A stretch of 64,000 nt of DNA from contig OZ076409.1 of assembly GCA_964187785.1 (NCBI GenBank), forward strand, positions 61,072,001 to 61,136,000, in the 5' to 3' direction. Shown here piece by piece: positions 40,374 to 54,500 of the stretch. Each line of letters starts with the position of its first letter. Positions within the stretch are counted from its first letter, which is position 1. This DNA is from Amphiscolops sp. MND2022. Its lineage: Eukaryota. Both the position numbers and the translations under genes were made by a program. Below the pieces are notes generated by a model that was given only the letters and a program-made list of their open reading frames with translations, had not been told where the DNA came from and made no database searches.

Positions 40374-43368
40374 GGGACCCTTTGAAGACTTTTAAAAAAT
40401 TTCGAGAAAACCCAAAAAATGAGATTTTTGAAAAGTGTCACAGTGCCGAAAAATGAAACATTGAACCACATCGAAACAAATGAAGGGGGACCCTTTGGTG
40501 CAATCCAAAAATTTTCAAAAAAGTAGCATAGTGGACGTCGGTTTTGTTTCTTTTTGATTTGGCGAGGTTCTGAGTGTTCGAGTTTTTTTAACCTCCGTAG
40601 TTCAAGTTGTTGAATAAATGACAGAAAAGTGGACCTTGCGCGTCTAAAAAGACTTAGCCACTTTTCTTCAAAAGCGCCGACAAAAAATGCCACTGTAAGA
40701 GTCGGACATTTTTTGTTTTACAAAAAGCGCCGACTAAAACACCAATGTAAACTAGATGAAAGTCTCTAACAAAGATTTGGTGTTTGCAAATTTCGCGAAA
40801 ATTGAGCCTGAAATCGGCTCGGAGGATGATTTCATAAATACTGTACTCACTTCTGATAGATTAATGAGAATGTTTCTTACCACGCTGTGATCTAGTTAGG
40901 TCAAACTATCTAATGAGGCATTAACTTCTCATAATTTGCTATTGTCAATTTGTAGTATAGGACTTGGATCGAAAATCTTTTTTTTGCGTCTTAATAATTT
41001 TCGTTTACTTTAGGGGCAACCATTTTTAAGGATCCTTGGAAGGGCTCAATAAAAACATGGTGACATTTAACGCGTTTTATAAATTCGTGTTTCGCAAAGA
41101 CTGTCAGGAAGTGGGCAGGGAATATATGTAACAAGCTGAAAAGACAAAAAACCGGTACTAGAAAATGTGAACATCGAGTAAAGACCAATTATCCACATGA
41201 TCAAATGATTGTCATTCCATTATTGTCTGTCCTTTATTGTAAATTTTACCCTTTTCAGTCATTTCAGTGGAATTGGCTCCACTGCAGTGAACAATTTGCA
41301 TGTCATGCAACATGCAATCACTTGCATTGGTTGAAAATATTTCAAAAGAGTTGTTGAAGAATGAAAAGGAAACATTGGAACGACCTGCCATAAATCTTAT
41401 CTTTCATAATGTGATCACATGAAGTCCAATTACACCTGTGACTTTCGAACTTTTCTTTTGATCACTATTTTGGAGTTATCAATAAATTCATTTTGGAGTG
41501 ATCGATTATCAACGAGTGATCAATAAAACTGGGGGGGATTGGTTCGTTTGAATTTGGGTGGTCAAGATTTGAGTCAGTCAACTTTTGATTTGTCTATGAT
41601 GGTACCAAGATTTGGGCCAAGTTCCGAGTAACCAATTAACCAATTATAGCGCTATAGAGTTTTGTTGATTAAATCAAATACACAATTGGTGAATTATTTC
41701 TAAGAAACAAGAATTCAAATTAGATGTGACTTTCAGATAAGATTCCACAATTTATGAATGGAACTCAGGCAATATCCGTAAATATTCAAGTATCAATTGA
41801 ATATTTTGAAATCTTTCACGATTACGTGAGCAGCTATGAAGCTAGTTTCTGAAGGTTATTTTGATCTAAATGGTTCTATCTGGAACAGGTCAAAAGGTCA
41901 AAAGTTGAAGTGTCGTGATAGTTAACAAAGCTTGAACAAAATTTCTGAAATAAACAATGTGATAAAATCAAGTTTGATCATAAATCTGGAAATTTCTGAA
42001 ATATATCCGTACTAAAAGTGATTGATCTTCAATTGCTATTTGTTTGTTAATCTTTACTGAACCCTGCCGATTAAACTTAGTTATAATGCTTGCAGTGTAT
42101 CCTGTTTATAAATGGTAAAACTCTAGTCACCAACATTTGTTTCAAGTTTCCGTATAAATTTAAAGCACAGCATGATTTCTTCATTTGCTAATAATCTGAA
42201 TTACGTAACTAATTAGCAAATATTGCTAGTTTTTACCAATTTATTGACATTGAGCAATTTACCTTGACCTTGATCTTTGAAAGGTCATCATCTTATTGCC
42301 TAAGATCGACGCGCCCACAATGTTAGTGATTGGTACAAAAGCTCTGACGTCAAGAACTGACTCGGATCTCCATAATCACTAATGATCTTTCTCTGATTGG
42401 TCGAAACTCGAGGTTTCATCAACACCGGATGGACCTCCGATTGACCCAAAACTTGACCCTCTTACTGCATCACATGAACGAACTGATTAGCCAAATATTT
42501 ATTCTTTCTTTGTTTTTTCTCCACATTCCTAAAAGTCCTTGTATAAATAAATCAGGTATTCGCTTTTAATATAAATGGCTCACAAATTTGCACGTCTGTT
42601 CATTTGACTCAATTTCGTCACGCGCTCAACTTGGAATTTTATCAGCTGAGAAATTACAAATTAAAATCAGAACTGATTTTGTGGTCTGTATAGCTTGCGA
42701 TTCTTTCTTTTTCCTCCTCTGAATTCTCAAGATGTCGATGAGTATGCACGTTTACGGTGGTAGCGGATCCTATCAATGGTACCGGAAATCGAATCCTAAA
42801 CCCATTTTCCAGACCAGCTCCGACAGCTCAATTTTGCAATACACTTCCAGAATCAAAGCCAGAATAGCGTCCAGAATCAGAAGAAACAGCCCCAAATTCG
42901 ACGACAGTCCGGAACACACGCCACCCAGCTTAGTTCTGGCATACAGAAGTTTGGATAGCTAAAGAATCTTTGAATTTTTTAATGATCGCCGGCAAAATAT
43001 CTCCAGTGCATTAGTACCTCCTTCGAATTTAATACACAGTTCACAAGAAACATCTGTAAAAACTGAAATACATATATAATCTTTTGTGGCTAAATCAAAC
43101 TGATGAAACTCAATTTGCCAAGTATACAACAAGCCAGATTGCAGCTTAAAAGATTCCTAGTTTTTAAAGATTAGTTACATTAGTTATGTTAGATGGTTGT
43201 GTAAAATTTATAATAAAATTGTAAATTCGATGAAGTTTAGATATAACGTTGTTACTTTTATAGTACTTTTAACCTACGCAATTTAGCTAACATTTGGCTA
43301 TTTTTCCCAAATTTTCCCAGAGATCTTCTGATGAGTATAAGAAGGCACGAAACGTTTGAGAAAGGAAA

Positions 43369-44030
43369 ACAAGCCGCGACCGGCCCAAGTCGGCGCCATA
43401 TCCAAGGCTCAAAAATAGCAAAAAGACTTCCAAGTGTCAAGTATTCTTTTACAGTACTCGAAAATTGAAAGTTTTTTGAAAATTTTTTTTTCGAAAAAAT
43501 TACATACTCAAAAAAATGGACCGAGTGGCGCGCCGGGGCTCGCGCTAAAGTCTCACAATGCCGAAAAACTGAAAGAGGGACCCTTTGAGGTTTTTCAACA
43601 TCCACAGAATGGCATTCTGTCGCAAAACATGAAAAATTGAAGAAAACAAAAATTTTAATTTTCGGGAAAAAATCTCACAATGCCGAAAAAAACTGAAAGG
43701 GGGACCCTTTGGGATTTTTTAACATCCATTCTGTCGCCAAACATCAAAAAAATGCAGGGGGGATCCTTTGGGGAAATTTTTTTTCGAAAAAAAAGTCTCG
43801 CAGTGCCGAAAAAAAATGAAAGGGGGAGCCTTTGGTCTCGCCCGGTACGGTATGTTACGCGGAAAAACAGGAAAAACCTTTTTGGTTCAGTTCGCTAGAC
43901 TAAATAGTGCAATTTAGTGCAATAATATTTTGTAGAACTTTTAAGAACTATTTTGGTCAATTCGTGTGGATAGAAAAAAAAGAGTCACTATAATATTAGT
44001 TACATTAGTTCATGAAGCGCCGACTAAAAA
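43369..44030 (+). mobile_element. Helentron/HINE-like repeat (counterpart of 13481-14166)
   Basis: Same AGTCGGCGC...GCGCCGACT ends and internal units. Confidence 0.6.
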
Positions 44031-44946
44031 TCCCGACTAACAAAGCTTTATGTGAACACTGGATGGAATTTTCATTGCCCACCTGTAGATACCATCGAAT
44101 AGGTTTTCCACTACAAACAAGCTTCCTGGGCTACAATACTTCGGCATTCCATCGGTGGCTGCCGCAGAATAGTGTGAAATTCCGAAAAGCTTTAACACGT
44201 CAACTAACCATGCAAGAAAAATAAAACGAAAGAAAATCAGTCGAACTTTCCTTTATTCAAAAAATGAATAAGCCTAAACTAAACTAGTCTTCACTTTTGC
44301 GGTTTTGCATAACAGCAAAAACGATTGACCTCATTTGAAAAATTTAACACAGTCTAAAATTTCAGAACTTTCTACTCTATATATGTCTCTTTTCTCTGTG
44401 CAGATTGTTTTTTAAATAACTACCAAACCTATGTATTTGAGGATTGGTAACTTTTTGTTGTTAAGTGACGTTTTCAGCGATGCTCGTCCAATAATCACTT
44501 CAAAATTTCTTCCAATTCAACTTGTGAATAGGGAACCTTTGAAATAAAACGCGACTATAAAAGTGATTTGGTAACTTTGATGTTTTTTTTTGTTTTCAGT
44601 TAAAGTTAGGAACACAGAAGCTTTTTAAAAAGTCATTATTTGGGGGGTTTTTGAGCCTTAAGACTTGGGCGGCAACCGACTTGTTTTTTAGTCGGCGCTT
44701 TTCTTGAAAAGAATCGGCTATAGTCATGGCTTTTCGTCAGTGTTTTTTTTCGATGCACCTGAAGTGACCAAAATAATTCTACCAAAAGTTCTACTAAATT
44801 TTATATTGCACCTGTTGGCCCAGGAACTGAACCAAAAACGTTTTTCCGTTTTTCCGCGTAACATACATTACCGGGCGAAACTAAAGGGTTCCCCTTTCAC
44901 TTTTTGGAGTTTTGCGACAGAATGGATGTTGAAAAATCGCAAAGGG

Positions 44947-47900
44947 TCCACCATTTCAATTTTTCGGCATTCTGAGACTTTTTCAAAAAAAACAATTTCA
45001 TAAAAGGGTCCTCAAATCACCAACACTTGTTAAACATATGATTGAAGGTCCCGGCTTGTTAAACATATGATGATGAATTTATAATTACCATATTTTTGGT
45101 ATTTCTTGAATATATGTGTTGGCGTCAACTATGATGTATTTGATAGAGCGATGGTATCTTCTTTGATGTTTTCGTTCGATACTTCAAGTATTCTTAAGAT
45201 TCGTGTCTAATTTCTACATGGCAACAAATTCATCAGAAAACCTTTAGGAACAGGGAGCTAAACAGAAGTCCCAAAATTTCCAAGTTGCGCATTGGAAGCA
45301 AAGGATGACCTTTTGGTCTAAACTATTGGCATCACAAAAAATAGTCCTGCGTAGGATTCGAACCTACTCTAACACGATGAAAGGTCCGAAAAGCAAAATC
45401 TTGTAACCTGATTTTAGGTGGGCGCTTTATATTAGAGAAAAAAACTTTTTGAGTGGAAATTTCTTTCCATTATTTTTCGTTTACTTTTTTAAAACCAAAG
45501 CCCAACCCTTTGATTTTTGGCGAAAAGGAAGCGCGTTTCTAGCATAAAGGCCCCTAAAGGTTTTTCGGCACTGACTCACCGAGAAAATTTTTTCAAAAAA
45601 CAAAAAGATTTTGAGAGGTTTTATGTTAAGGAAAATCGTTTTTCATGTCTTAAGGGTGACCCAGTATCTAGTTTATTTATCCTAGTAAGATAAATAAACC
45701 AGATACTAGGTCACCCTTAAGACATGAAAAACGATTCGGGCTGACGAGTGTCTCTCAATTATTGTGGAAAAGACGTAAGGTTTCTCCCGGCTCTGTGAGA
45801 CTTTTTACAATTTTTTTTCAGTCATTGAAGGGTTCAGTTCCTTGGAGGTCACACCTTTGGGTAATTTTGTCACTGCGACTTTTTTTCGAACAAAAGGTTA
45901 TCGGGAAAAAGTTGAAATTTGAGTTGTGATATTAGCAGTACGGAGAAAATTTTTTACCCTGAAAAATCCCGCTTGGACACTTTCTGTGGTAGCAAAATAA
46001 AAAAAATTGCAGTGTGACTGCGACATTGTTTTGTAAATGGTCCAATAGACCAAAAAACTAGAAGTATAAACTCCAAATAGAGCCAAAGGGACTCAAAGGA
46101 TCCTCCTTTTCATTTTCCAGAAACTCTATTTGAAGTACAAATCCCCAAATGGTTTGTTTTGAAATGTGCACCTCCTTTCAATTGTTTTTTCAATTTACTA
46201 ACGTTTTGAAGCTCGTTTCATGTTTTCATGTACTTAACTGGAAATTTTTTATTTTTTTCAGCACAAAGAGTTCTCCCTTCAAATAGGTTTTGATAATGTC
46301 AGTTTTGATTTTTTTCTGAAAACATTTCCTTAACGACTTGAAATGCAACATATCAAACCACTCTGCAGACCATGCTCTCACAATTAATCCGAAGTCGTTC
46401 TATGGAATTTAATAAGTTTCCTTCATAACTAGCCCAATGTAGTTCAAAAGATGGTTTTAGATTACACAAAATACTTCTCCGTCTGGAAAGCGGCCATAAG
46501 CAACTCGGCCAATTGTTCGTAACATTTTGATAGGGAATTCATTTTGTATAAAACCATGTTAATTTCACTCGAACAGCATTTTAGCATTTTTAAATGTAAT
46601 TTTCGGGAACTGCGACTTTCTTGCCTGTAATATCAATGCTGCATCATTTTACTTTTATCTTTTGGTTTAACGTACATAAATATTCTTTGGCATGCGAATT
46701 TGGAAAACAATAGAAACAAAGTTCAGATACTGAATAACAGTTAAAAGCAGATTCAACAGTTAGGTTTTTAGTGTATTTTTTTTCTTCAGCCCACTCCGTA
46801 TCCATTCTGAAGAACTTTTTCTCTATGCTGTTCTTGGTCTTTTTTCTTTTAGGCAACTGAAACACAGTTTAATTGATCAAGGGAGAAGAAAATGGATTCC
46901 TGTCCAAGAAAGACTATGCCGCAATTTTCCAAACTATGTGGGAAATCAGTTGAAAGTTCTTCATTCAGGATGCCTGAGCTTCTACGTACTCTAATCTTTT
47001 AGACAGCACGCTTTTGTGCAGCATGCCAAAAGTTTCTGTACCTTCGACTAGAGGAAACAGTTGTTGACTCTCCAAATACATCTTATCTTTGAAAAAATGT
47101 ATATTACACTTTACCGCGTGACAATTTTGTTTTCCCTAACTTTCAAAATTTTCCACAAGCAAAAATATGACATACTATTAGGTTGAAATCCACCATTTCA
47201 TATCCACCATCATACGGCATTCTGAGACTTTTTCAAAAAAAAACTATTTCATGAAAGGGTCCTCAAATCTCCAATACTTTGACATTTTGAAGTCCTTTGG
47301 CTATTTTTGAGCCTTAGATATGGCGCCGACTTGGGCCGGTTCCGGCTTGTTAAACATATGATGATGAATTTATATTTACCATATTTTTGGTATTTCTTGA
47401 ATATATGTGTTGGCGTCAACTATGATGTCATTGATAGAGCGATGATATCTTCTTTGATGTTTTCGTTCGATACTTCAAGTATTCTTAAGATTCGTGTCTA
47501 ATTTCTACATGGCAACCATTTCATCAGAAAAACTTTAGGAACAGGGAACTAAACAGAAGTCCCAAAATTTCAAAGTTGCGCATTGGAAGCAAAGGATGAC
47601 CTTTTGGTCTAAACTATTGGCATCACAAAAAATAGTCCTGCGTAGGATTCGAACCTACTCTAACACGATGAACGGTCCGAAAAGCAAAATCTTGTTACCT
47701 GATTTTAGGTGGGCGCTTTATATTAGAAAAAAAACTTATTGAGTGGAAATTTCTTTCCATTATTTTTCGTTTACTTTAAAAAATCTTTTAGCCGGGGAAT
47801 TCGTGGGTTTAGCCATACGAGGGTTCGAGTCTCGCACTGCACCACGTTTTCTGTTCTAGGGTTTTTTCAGCACCATGCGACTTCGGAATTTTTAAAACCA

Positions 47901-49583
47901 AAGCCCAACCCTTTGATTTTTGGCGAAAAGTAAGCGCGTTTCTAGCATAAAGGCCCCTAAAGGTTTTTCGGCACTGACTCACCGAGAAAATTTTTTCAAA
48001 AAACAAAAAGATTTTGAGAGGTTTTCTGTTAAGGAAAATCGTTTTTCATGTCTTAAGGGTGACCCAGTATCTAGTTTATTTATCCTAGTAAGATAAATAA
48101 ACTAGATACCAGGTCACCCTTAAGACATGAAAAACGATTCGGGCTGACGAGTGTCTCTCAATTATTGTGGAAAAGACGTAAGGTTTCTCCCGGCTCTGTG
48201 AGACTTTTTACAATTTTTTTTTCAGTCATTGAAGGGTTCAGTTCCTTGGAGGTCACACCTTTGGGTAATTTTGTCACTGCGACTTTTTTTCGAACAAAAG
48301 GTTATCGGGAAAAAGTTAAAATTTGAGTTGTGATATTAGCAGTACGGAGAAAATTTTTTACCCTGAAAAATCCCGCTTGGACACTTTCTGTGGTAGCAAA
48401 ATAAAAAAAATTGCAGTGTGACTGCGACATTGTTTTGTAATTGGTCCAATAGACCAAAAAACTAGAAGTATAAAATCCAAATAGAGCCAAAGGGACTCAA
48501 AGGATCCTCCTTTTCATTTTCCAGAAACTCTATTTGAAGTACAAATCCCCAAATGGTTTGTTTGGAAATGTGCAGCTCCTTTCAGATTTTTTTCAATTTA
48601 CTAACGTTATTAAGCTCGTTTCATGTTTTCATGTACTTAACTGGAAATTTTTTTTAGCACAAAGAGTTCTCCCTTCAAATAGGTTTTGATAATGTCAGTT
48701 TTGAATTTTTTCTGAAAACAATTCCTTAACGACTTGAAATGCAACATATCAAACCACTCTGCAGACCATGCTCTCACAATTAATCCGAAGTCGTTCTATG
48801 GAATTTAATAAGTTTCCTTCATAACTAGCCCAATGTAGTTCAAAAGATGGTTTTAGATTACATAAAATACTTTTTCCGTCTGAAAAGCGGCGATAAGCAA
48901 CTCGGCCAATCGTTCGTAAGATTTTGATAGGGAATTCATTTTGTAGAAAACCATGTTAATTTTACTCAAACAGCATCATTTTTCAAATGTAATTTTCGGG
49001 AACTGCGGCTTTCTTGACTGTAATATCAATGCTGCATCATTTTTCTTTTATCTTTTGGTTCAACCTACAAAAATATTCTTTGGCATGCGAATTTGGAAAA
49101 CAATAGAAACAAAGTTTAGATACTGATTAACAGTTAAAAGCAGATTCAAAAGTTAGATTTTTAGTGTAGTTTTTTTCTTCAGCCCACTCCGTATCCATTC
49201 TGAAGAACTTCTTCTCTATGCTGTTCTTGGTCTTCTTTCTTTTTGGCAACTGAAACACAGTTTAATTGATCAAGGGAGAAGAAAATGGATCCCTGTCCAA
49301 GAATGACTATGCCGCAATTTTCCAAACTATGTGGGAAATCAGGTGAAAGTTCTTCATTCAGGATCCCTGAACTTCTACGTACTCTAACCTTTTAGACAGC
49401 ACGCTTTTGTGCAGCATGCCAAAAGTTCCTGTACCTCCGACTAGAGGAAACAGTTGTTGACTCTCCAAATACATGTTATCTTTGAAAAAATGTATATTAC
49501 ACTTTACCGCGTGACAATTTTGTTTTCCCTAACCTTCAAAATTTTCCACAATCAAAAATATGACATACTATTAGGTTGAAATC
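44947..49583 (+). repeat. Tandem duplication of a ~2.3-kb unit (44947-47190, 47189-49583)
   Basis: Both units run from TCCACCATTTCA to TATTAGGTTGAAATC and each contains the 103-bp palindrome (45634-45736, 48037-48139). Confidence 0.92.
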
Positions 49584-51820
49584 ATTTTAGAGATGATACT
49601 TCTAGGCAGCAATAATCAGTTTTTGTCTAACTGCAACAACAGCTTTGGAAAAAGCAATGAAATATGTAAAGCATTTTTAGTTATACGGGATGAAACAATA
49701 TCACAATGAGAGAAAGACAAATATTTAATGTAAAACTCTGCGACATGACCAGATCATTTCAGTGAACGCAAGCAGTGTCACTACTTATTGGAAATTTCCT
49801 TCACAGTCGCAAAGATTTGTTTTGAGTCCATGAAATACCACTGTTAAAAGGTGATCAAGTTTCTCTGTTCTATTTGTTAATATGAAAAATTCAAGCTTAT
49901 TATCAGCTTCACATAAACTTCAGGTTGCCAATATGCATTCATATATTTTTAAAAATTACGTGTATGCTGATTTCATACATGTGGTGAATTCCACTAAAAA
50001 ACGCCGATGTGAGACACCTGTTGGACTCAAAAACGTATTTCCCGAACTAAAAAAGACAAATAAAATCCAATACGATGAGAAGTATTTCGTCCAAAAGTTT
50101 GAAAAAAATCGAAGTGTCGAAACAATATTTGACATAGTATAGTTTTGCAAAGGTAAAAAGTTGGTCCAACGCAAAATTCCAATCCACTCCAAGAGTTCCA
50201 CAATATCTCACCACCCAGATAAACCCGTTTTTACGTCTAGGCCAAGCAGCAAATGAAGTGACGGAGACAACGAAGGAGAAAAGTATAGAATAGTTATAGA
50301 GCCTGTCAGTTCAGTTTCCAACAAAGGTACAAAAATTGTCTATGTTTTACGAAAGCGCCCACTGAAAAGTAACACTCAATTTGAACGTTTTCGTGTGCAT
50401 TCATGATTCAATCTGTGTATCATATTTTTCTGAAAAATATCGCTGAATTTATTCAGGGCAGAAATTACCTCAGTGTTCAATGAGCGTCTTGTTTACTGGT
50501 TATTTTGACTAAATTCAGTGTAACAGGTTGCTTTCGTTAAATATTTTCCCACATCTTAAAAACGAAAATCAGAGTCTTTAAATTTTATACAACCACAACT
50601 GGCATCAAATTTGGAGAAACTGCGAAGTTTTCTAGTAACGGCCGACAAAATGCTCACCTGGAGGCAGGCGAAGCGCCCCCGTAGCAGCGTTGCCCACTAC
50701 TTCGAGAGTCTACTGAAGTCTCCCTTCTATAATCAGGTGCGTTACGTTGGAAAATCCACTTTGGATTGATTGGGAGGGGCTTGTACTAGCTTGCGGATTC
50801 CTGTGTAGTGCTGCAGACCGGCGGTCCGTTTTAGCATTTAATCCGGTATCAAGTACATCTAGGCCATTTTCGTGTTGGGGAAAAACTTCTGAGCAACAGC
50901 TTAGTCTATTGCTTGTAAAATCTGCACATTGAAACCATTTTGATTTCATCTAGCTTTTTGCACATTTGCCTAACTAACTCTGAGAATATTATTCAAGCCG
51001 TCTTAGCGGACATTGCACTACTCTCTCTACTGTTAGTATTTACTAGAGATCTCAAATCATCTTCTATTGTGTTTGTATTTTCTTGTCGTCCTCTGTTGAG
51101 CCTGCTCAAACATCTCTCTGAATTGAGTCGTTTTCGTTATTATTCCTTGGGAGGTTCCCCAATATCGCATTCATACTTTTCAAGTCAGGCATTACGTCTG
51201 ATTCAAAAGAACGCTTTTCTCTAGCTTTTCATTTGCTGGTTGAAGACATTTCAAAGAATGAGTGTTGTTTCCAAACTATATTTTTGAAAAGAGTGAATCA
51301 AAACTATTTGTTAGAATTGTCACAACTTCAGGTGTGCACTGGAGTGTATTGTATCAAAGATTATCAAAGAATGGCCCCTTTGACTGCGGGTGGTGGGTAT
51401 ACATTTGTAAGGTCTGTGACGTCCAAAATAGAGGGACTCACGTTACTACAAATAGTAGCACCCTACTATGACGTCAACCAAGTTATTTGAAGTTCCTTGC
51501 CAAAGCGGACATTACGTCCTATTGCATCAAATTATAAGAAGCAACGAGTTTGACTGATAAAACTTACAAGCTGTAACTACAACCCCAACGACACCCTTAG
51601 TGAGGTGACATGAATGGTTATTGAGTATCACTATCGTCATACCTTAGATACAGGTAAATACTGTAAGTGTTTATTTGTGAATGAATGGTAGCGGCGTATC
51701 GGACGTTAGGTCCTCTTAGCTGTAATGCCAGCAAACTTACAATTAAACTAACAATCTTATTGGCTACTGCAATATTTGACAACGCTTCATCTAGGCTAGA
51801 GCATCAGTCTAGTTGAATCC

Positions 51821-54078
51821 GGTTCGTATTCACAGCGTCGAAAATGAATAATTGGTCCCACATCGTCGATAATAAATATTTGGTCCCACAGCGTCGAAAA
51901 TATATAATTGGTCCCACAGCGTCGAAATATAAATTATATTGTTCCGTCACAGTTCATTGCGTTTTCAGACACAAACAATTATAGACCATAATTTGTATAA
52001 AATATGCATTTCATCCCAGCAACTATGGAAGCGAATTTCTCGCGTTTGAACAATTTTAAGCAAATATTACCATAAGATGTGTTCAGGTACATTTTGATTT
52101 TTTTTCGTGAAAATATTGGAAGTCGAAAAAAATTTTAGGTTGTTTTCGAGCTTAATACTTCTATCTATCTTAAGGAAGGTAAATTTAGCTCAAATAGGCT
52201 TGTACTAAAAAAAAGTGAAGGTGAGCATCGTTACGTCTCGTCGTCTCGTGATGCTTAGGGCTAGCTGCCGGGGTTGCTAGCGCCGTGATGAGGCCTTGTC
52301 TCAGTACGTCCGCCAATTAGTACTTGACCGAGTCTCTTAATGGGAGCGACATTTTGTTGTTTTTTTTTTGCTTTTAAAAATCAAAAAATGCTTCTAAAAT
52401 GCTCAATTATACACCCCCCGCTCACTGACATCTGAATTAAATAATAATTATTGAATTAATCTGAATTAATTACCAATAAAGAAGACAAACGCAAAATACA
52501 AAAGTCAAATCAGTTAAATACTTGAACAAAGATGAGAAATTGTCATCCAATAGTTTTTCATAGTACGATTACCAAGCCTTAGGGATGTTTTCAAGGCTTG
52601 AACCCTTTCATTGAAAATGCGCCATTTTTTCTGTTAAGTCGAAGCTAGGTTTCCGCGCCTAGCCAACACAATTTTATTGGAGACTTCTCTTTCCTATTGC
52701 ATAAGAAATCGAAGTGCAGTCCAGAAATTGGGAGATTTTCGCAGAAGTTAGTGGTACGAAAACTGGTGGGGCAATCATAAACATTCCATAAGTTTGGGGG
52801 AATGTCATAATCCTTGTTCTATGGAAATATTGATAAAACTTTAACGAATCGGGGACCTCTTGTTAGCTCCACGACTTCTGGCTCCCTCAAAAGATCCGCA
52901 ATTGCATTACACACTTCCTGTTCAGGGAGGTACGCTGATGCCATGAAAAGCCGAACACATTATCGTAAATATTTTTGAGAACGTTAGTGTGATCTATTTG
53001 CAATAATTTAAACATTTTTTGACGCATTTTTTTGTACTCGATTTGCTCAGTTTCTTCCGGATGGGTGTGTAATCCGGGAGGGGGGCGAATCACTCGAAAT
53101 ACTTCCGGATTCGCCAACATTGTTGATCGGCAACTTCGAACTCATTTAAGATAAACGGTTGTTTGGGTTCTTTTGTTAATTTTATAGCGGTAGTTTTCGA
53201 AAACTACAGTGAGCCCACGCATAGATTTTACAACTGATAGCTCATTCATTTTGGCAAATAGTAACCTCCTCCTAAAAATCCCCCTGCTAATATCGGAAGT
53301 AGTCTAACAAGCAGACCGTCTAATAAGCAGACTACTCAAAAAGCAGAAAATTTAATCAAGCGGCAATTGTTTGACCAATCAGAAGAAAGAATCACATATC
53401 AATAAAATGAGTGCTGATACAGCCAAGATGTATGGAACTTGATTTATTTGAAAAGATTAGCATATTTTTTGTTTGGCTCGGTCGCTTCGCTTCCTTCGCC
53501 AAGTAGCAACATTGAGACATGGCCATATGGCACGTCGCTCCGCTTCGCTTCGCTCCTGCATTTAGGGCACTAGCGGTATGTGAACATAGCTGACTACGTT
53601 ATAATAATAGTTATATTGACTGCTAATCTGACGCACTTATTTAGTCCTAATCTGAAATTTCAACCACTAGTATTCGAGTCTGCTCATCAGCATGAATATT
53701 ACTTTTATGCTATTTGACTGGTCTGCTTGTTAGACGCACTCCGCTAATATCAGCCATCATTTTCCCGCTTTTTGAAATTATCTTTGCAATTTTTCTCTTG
53801 TTTCTTCTCGTAAAGTAAATATTTTAATTATTTCTATTACACCGTTTTCACTAAATTAATCATTAATAAGGCCTTAAAACAAACAGAAAGCGTGCCATGC
53901 TGCCTAATCAAATTACAGTAGTGTTTAATAATTTTGGTCGTTCATTTCGTCAGCTGTCAGCCCCTTTCCAAAATAAATTGGCCAATAAAATCAGTTTTCG
54001 ACGCTAAGCTAAACTATTTTTATTTTCAACGCTGTGAACTTTCGACGCTGTGAACTTTCGACGCTGTGGGACTTTACC
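51821..54078 (-). mobile_element. Mutator-like (MULE) element with tandem-repeat TIRs and transposase remnant
   Basis: 9-bp TSD GTTGAATCC (51812-51820, 54079-54087), GGT...ACC ends, inverted arrays of CACAGCGTCGAAA. Minus-strand PPNLWNVYDCPTSFRTTNFCE at ~52738-52803. Confidence 0.9.
53295..53742. mobile_element. Mutator-type MITE nested in the MULE
   Basis: 9-bp TSD GCTAATATC (53286-53294, 53743-53751). TIRs GGAAGTAGTCTAACAAGCAGACC / GGTCTGCTTGTTAGACGCACTCC. Confidence 0.88.
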
Positions 54079-54500
54079 GTTGAATCCGTTTCCTTGTCGC
54101 ACTTTAGTTGTACTAATTGTTTGTTTACATTGCATTATACAAAATTACTAACCGAGCTAAACAGGCATATCAGTTATTTATATAAATAAAGATAACAACA
54201 TCTACATAGAAGTTCATAATTGTGATAAAGTAAGTGCGAATAACATCCCTCAGATAGATCTGGTAGTAATTTCCATCGCAGGCGGCATCCTGTGACAGCC
54301 CCTCAAGCAGGAACGCCGAGTCGTACAACAGTATCTCTTTTTTGGTGTCATACAACGATAGTTTCTGAAACCGAGTTTTTTCCGTGACCGTTGTTCCTAA
54401 TATCTTTCATAATGCCAATTTTTGCTCATCTTACTGAACAATGATACTAACTGTACTCTCATTTACAACGTAAAATTGTTCAATCATGATGTATAATTTT

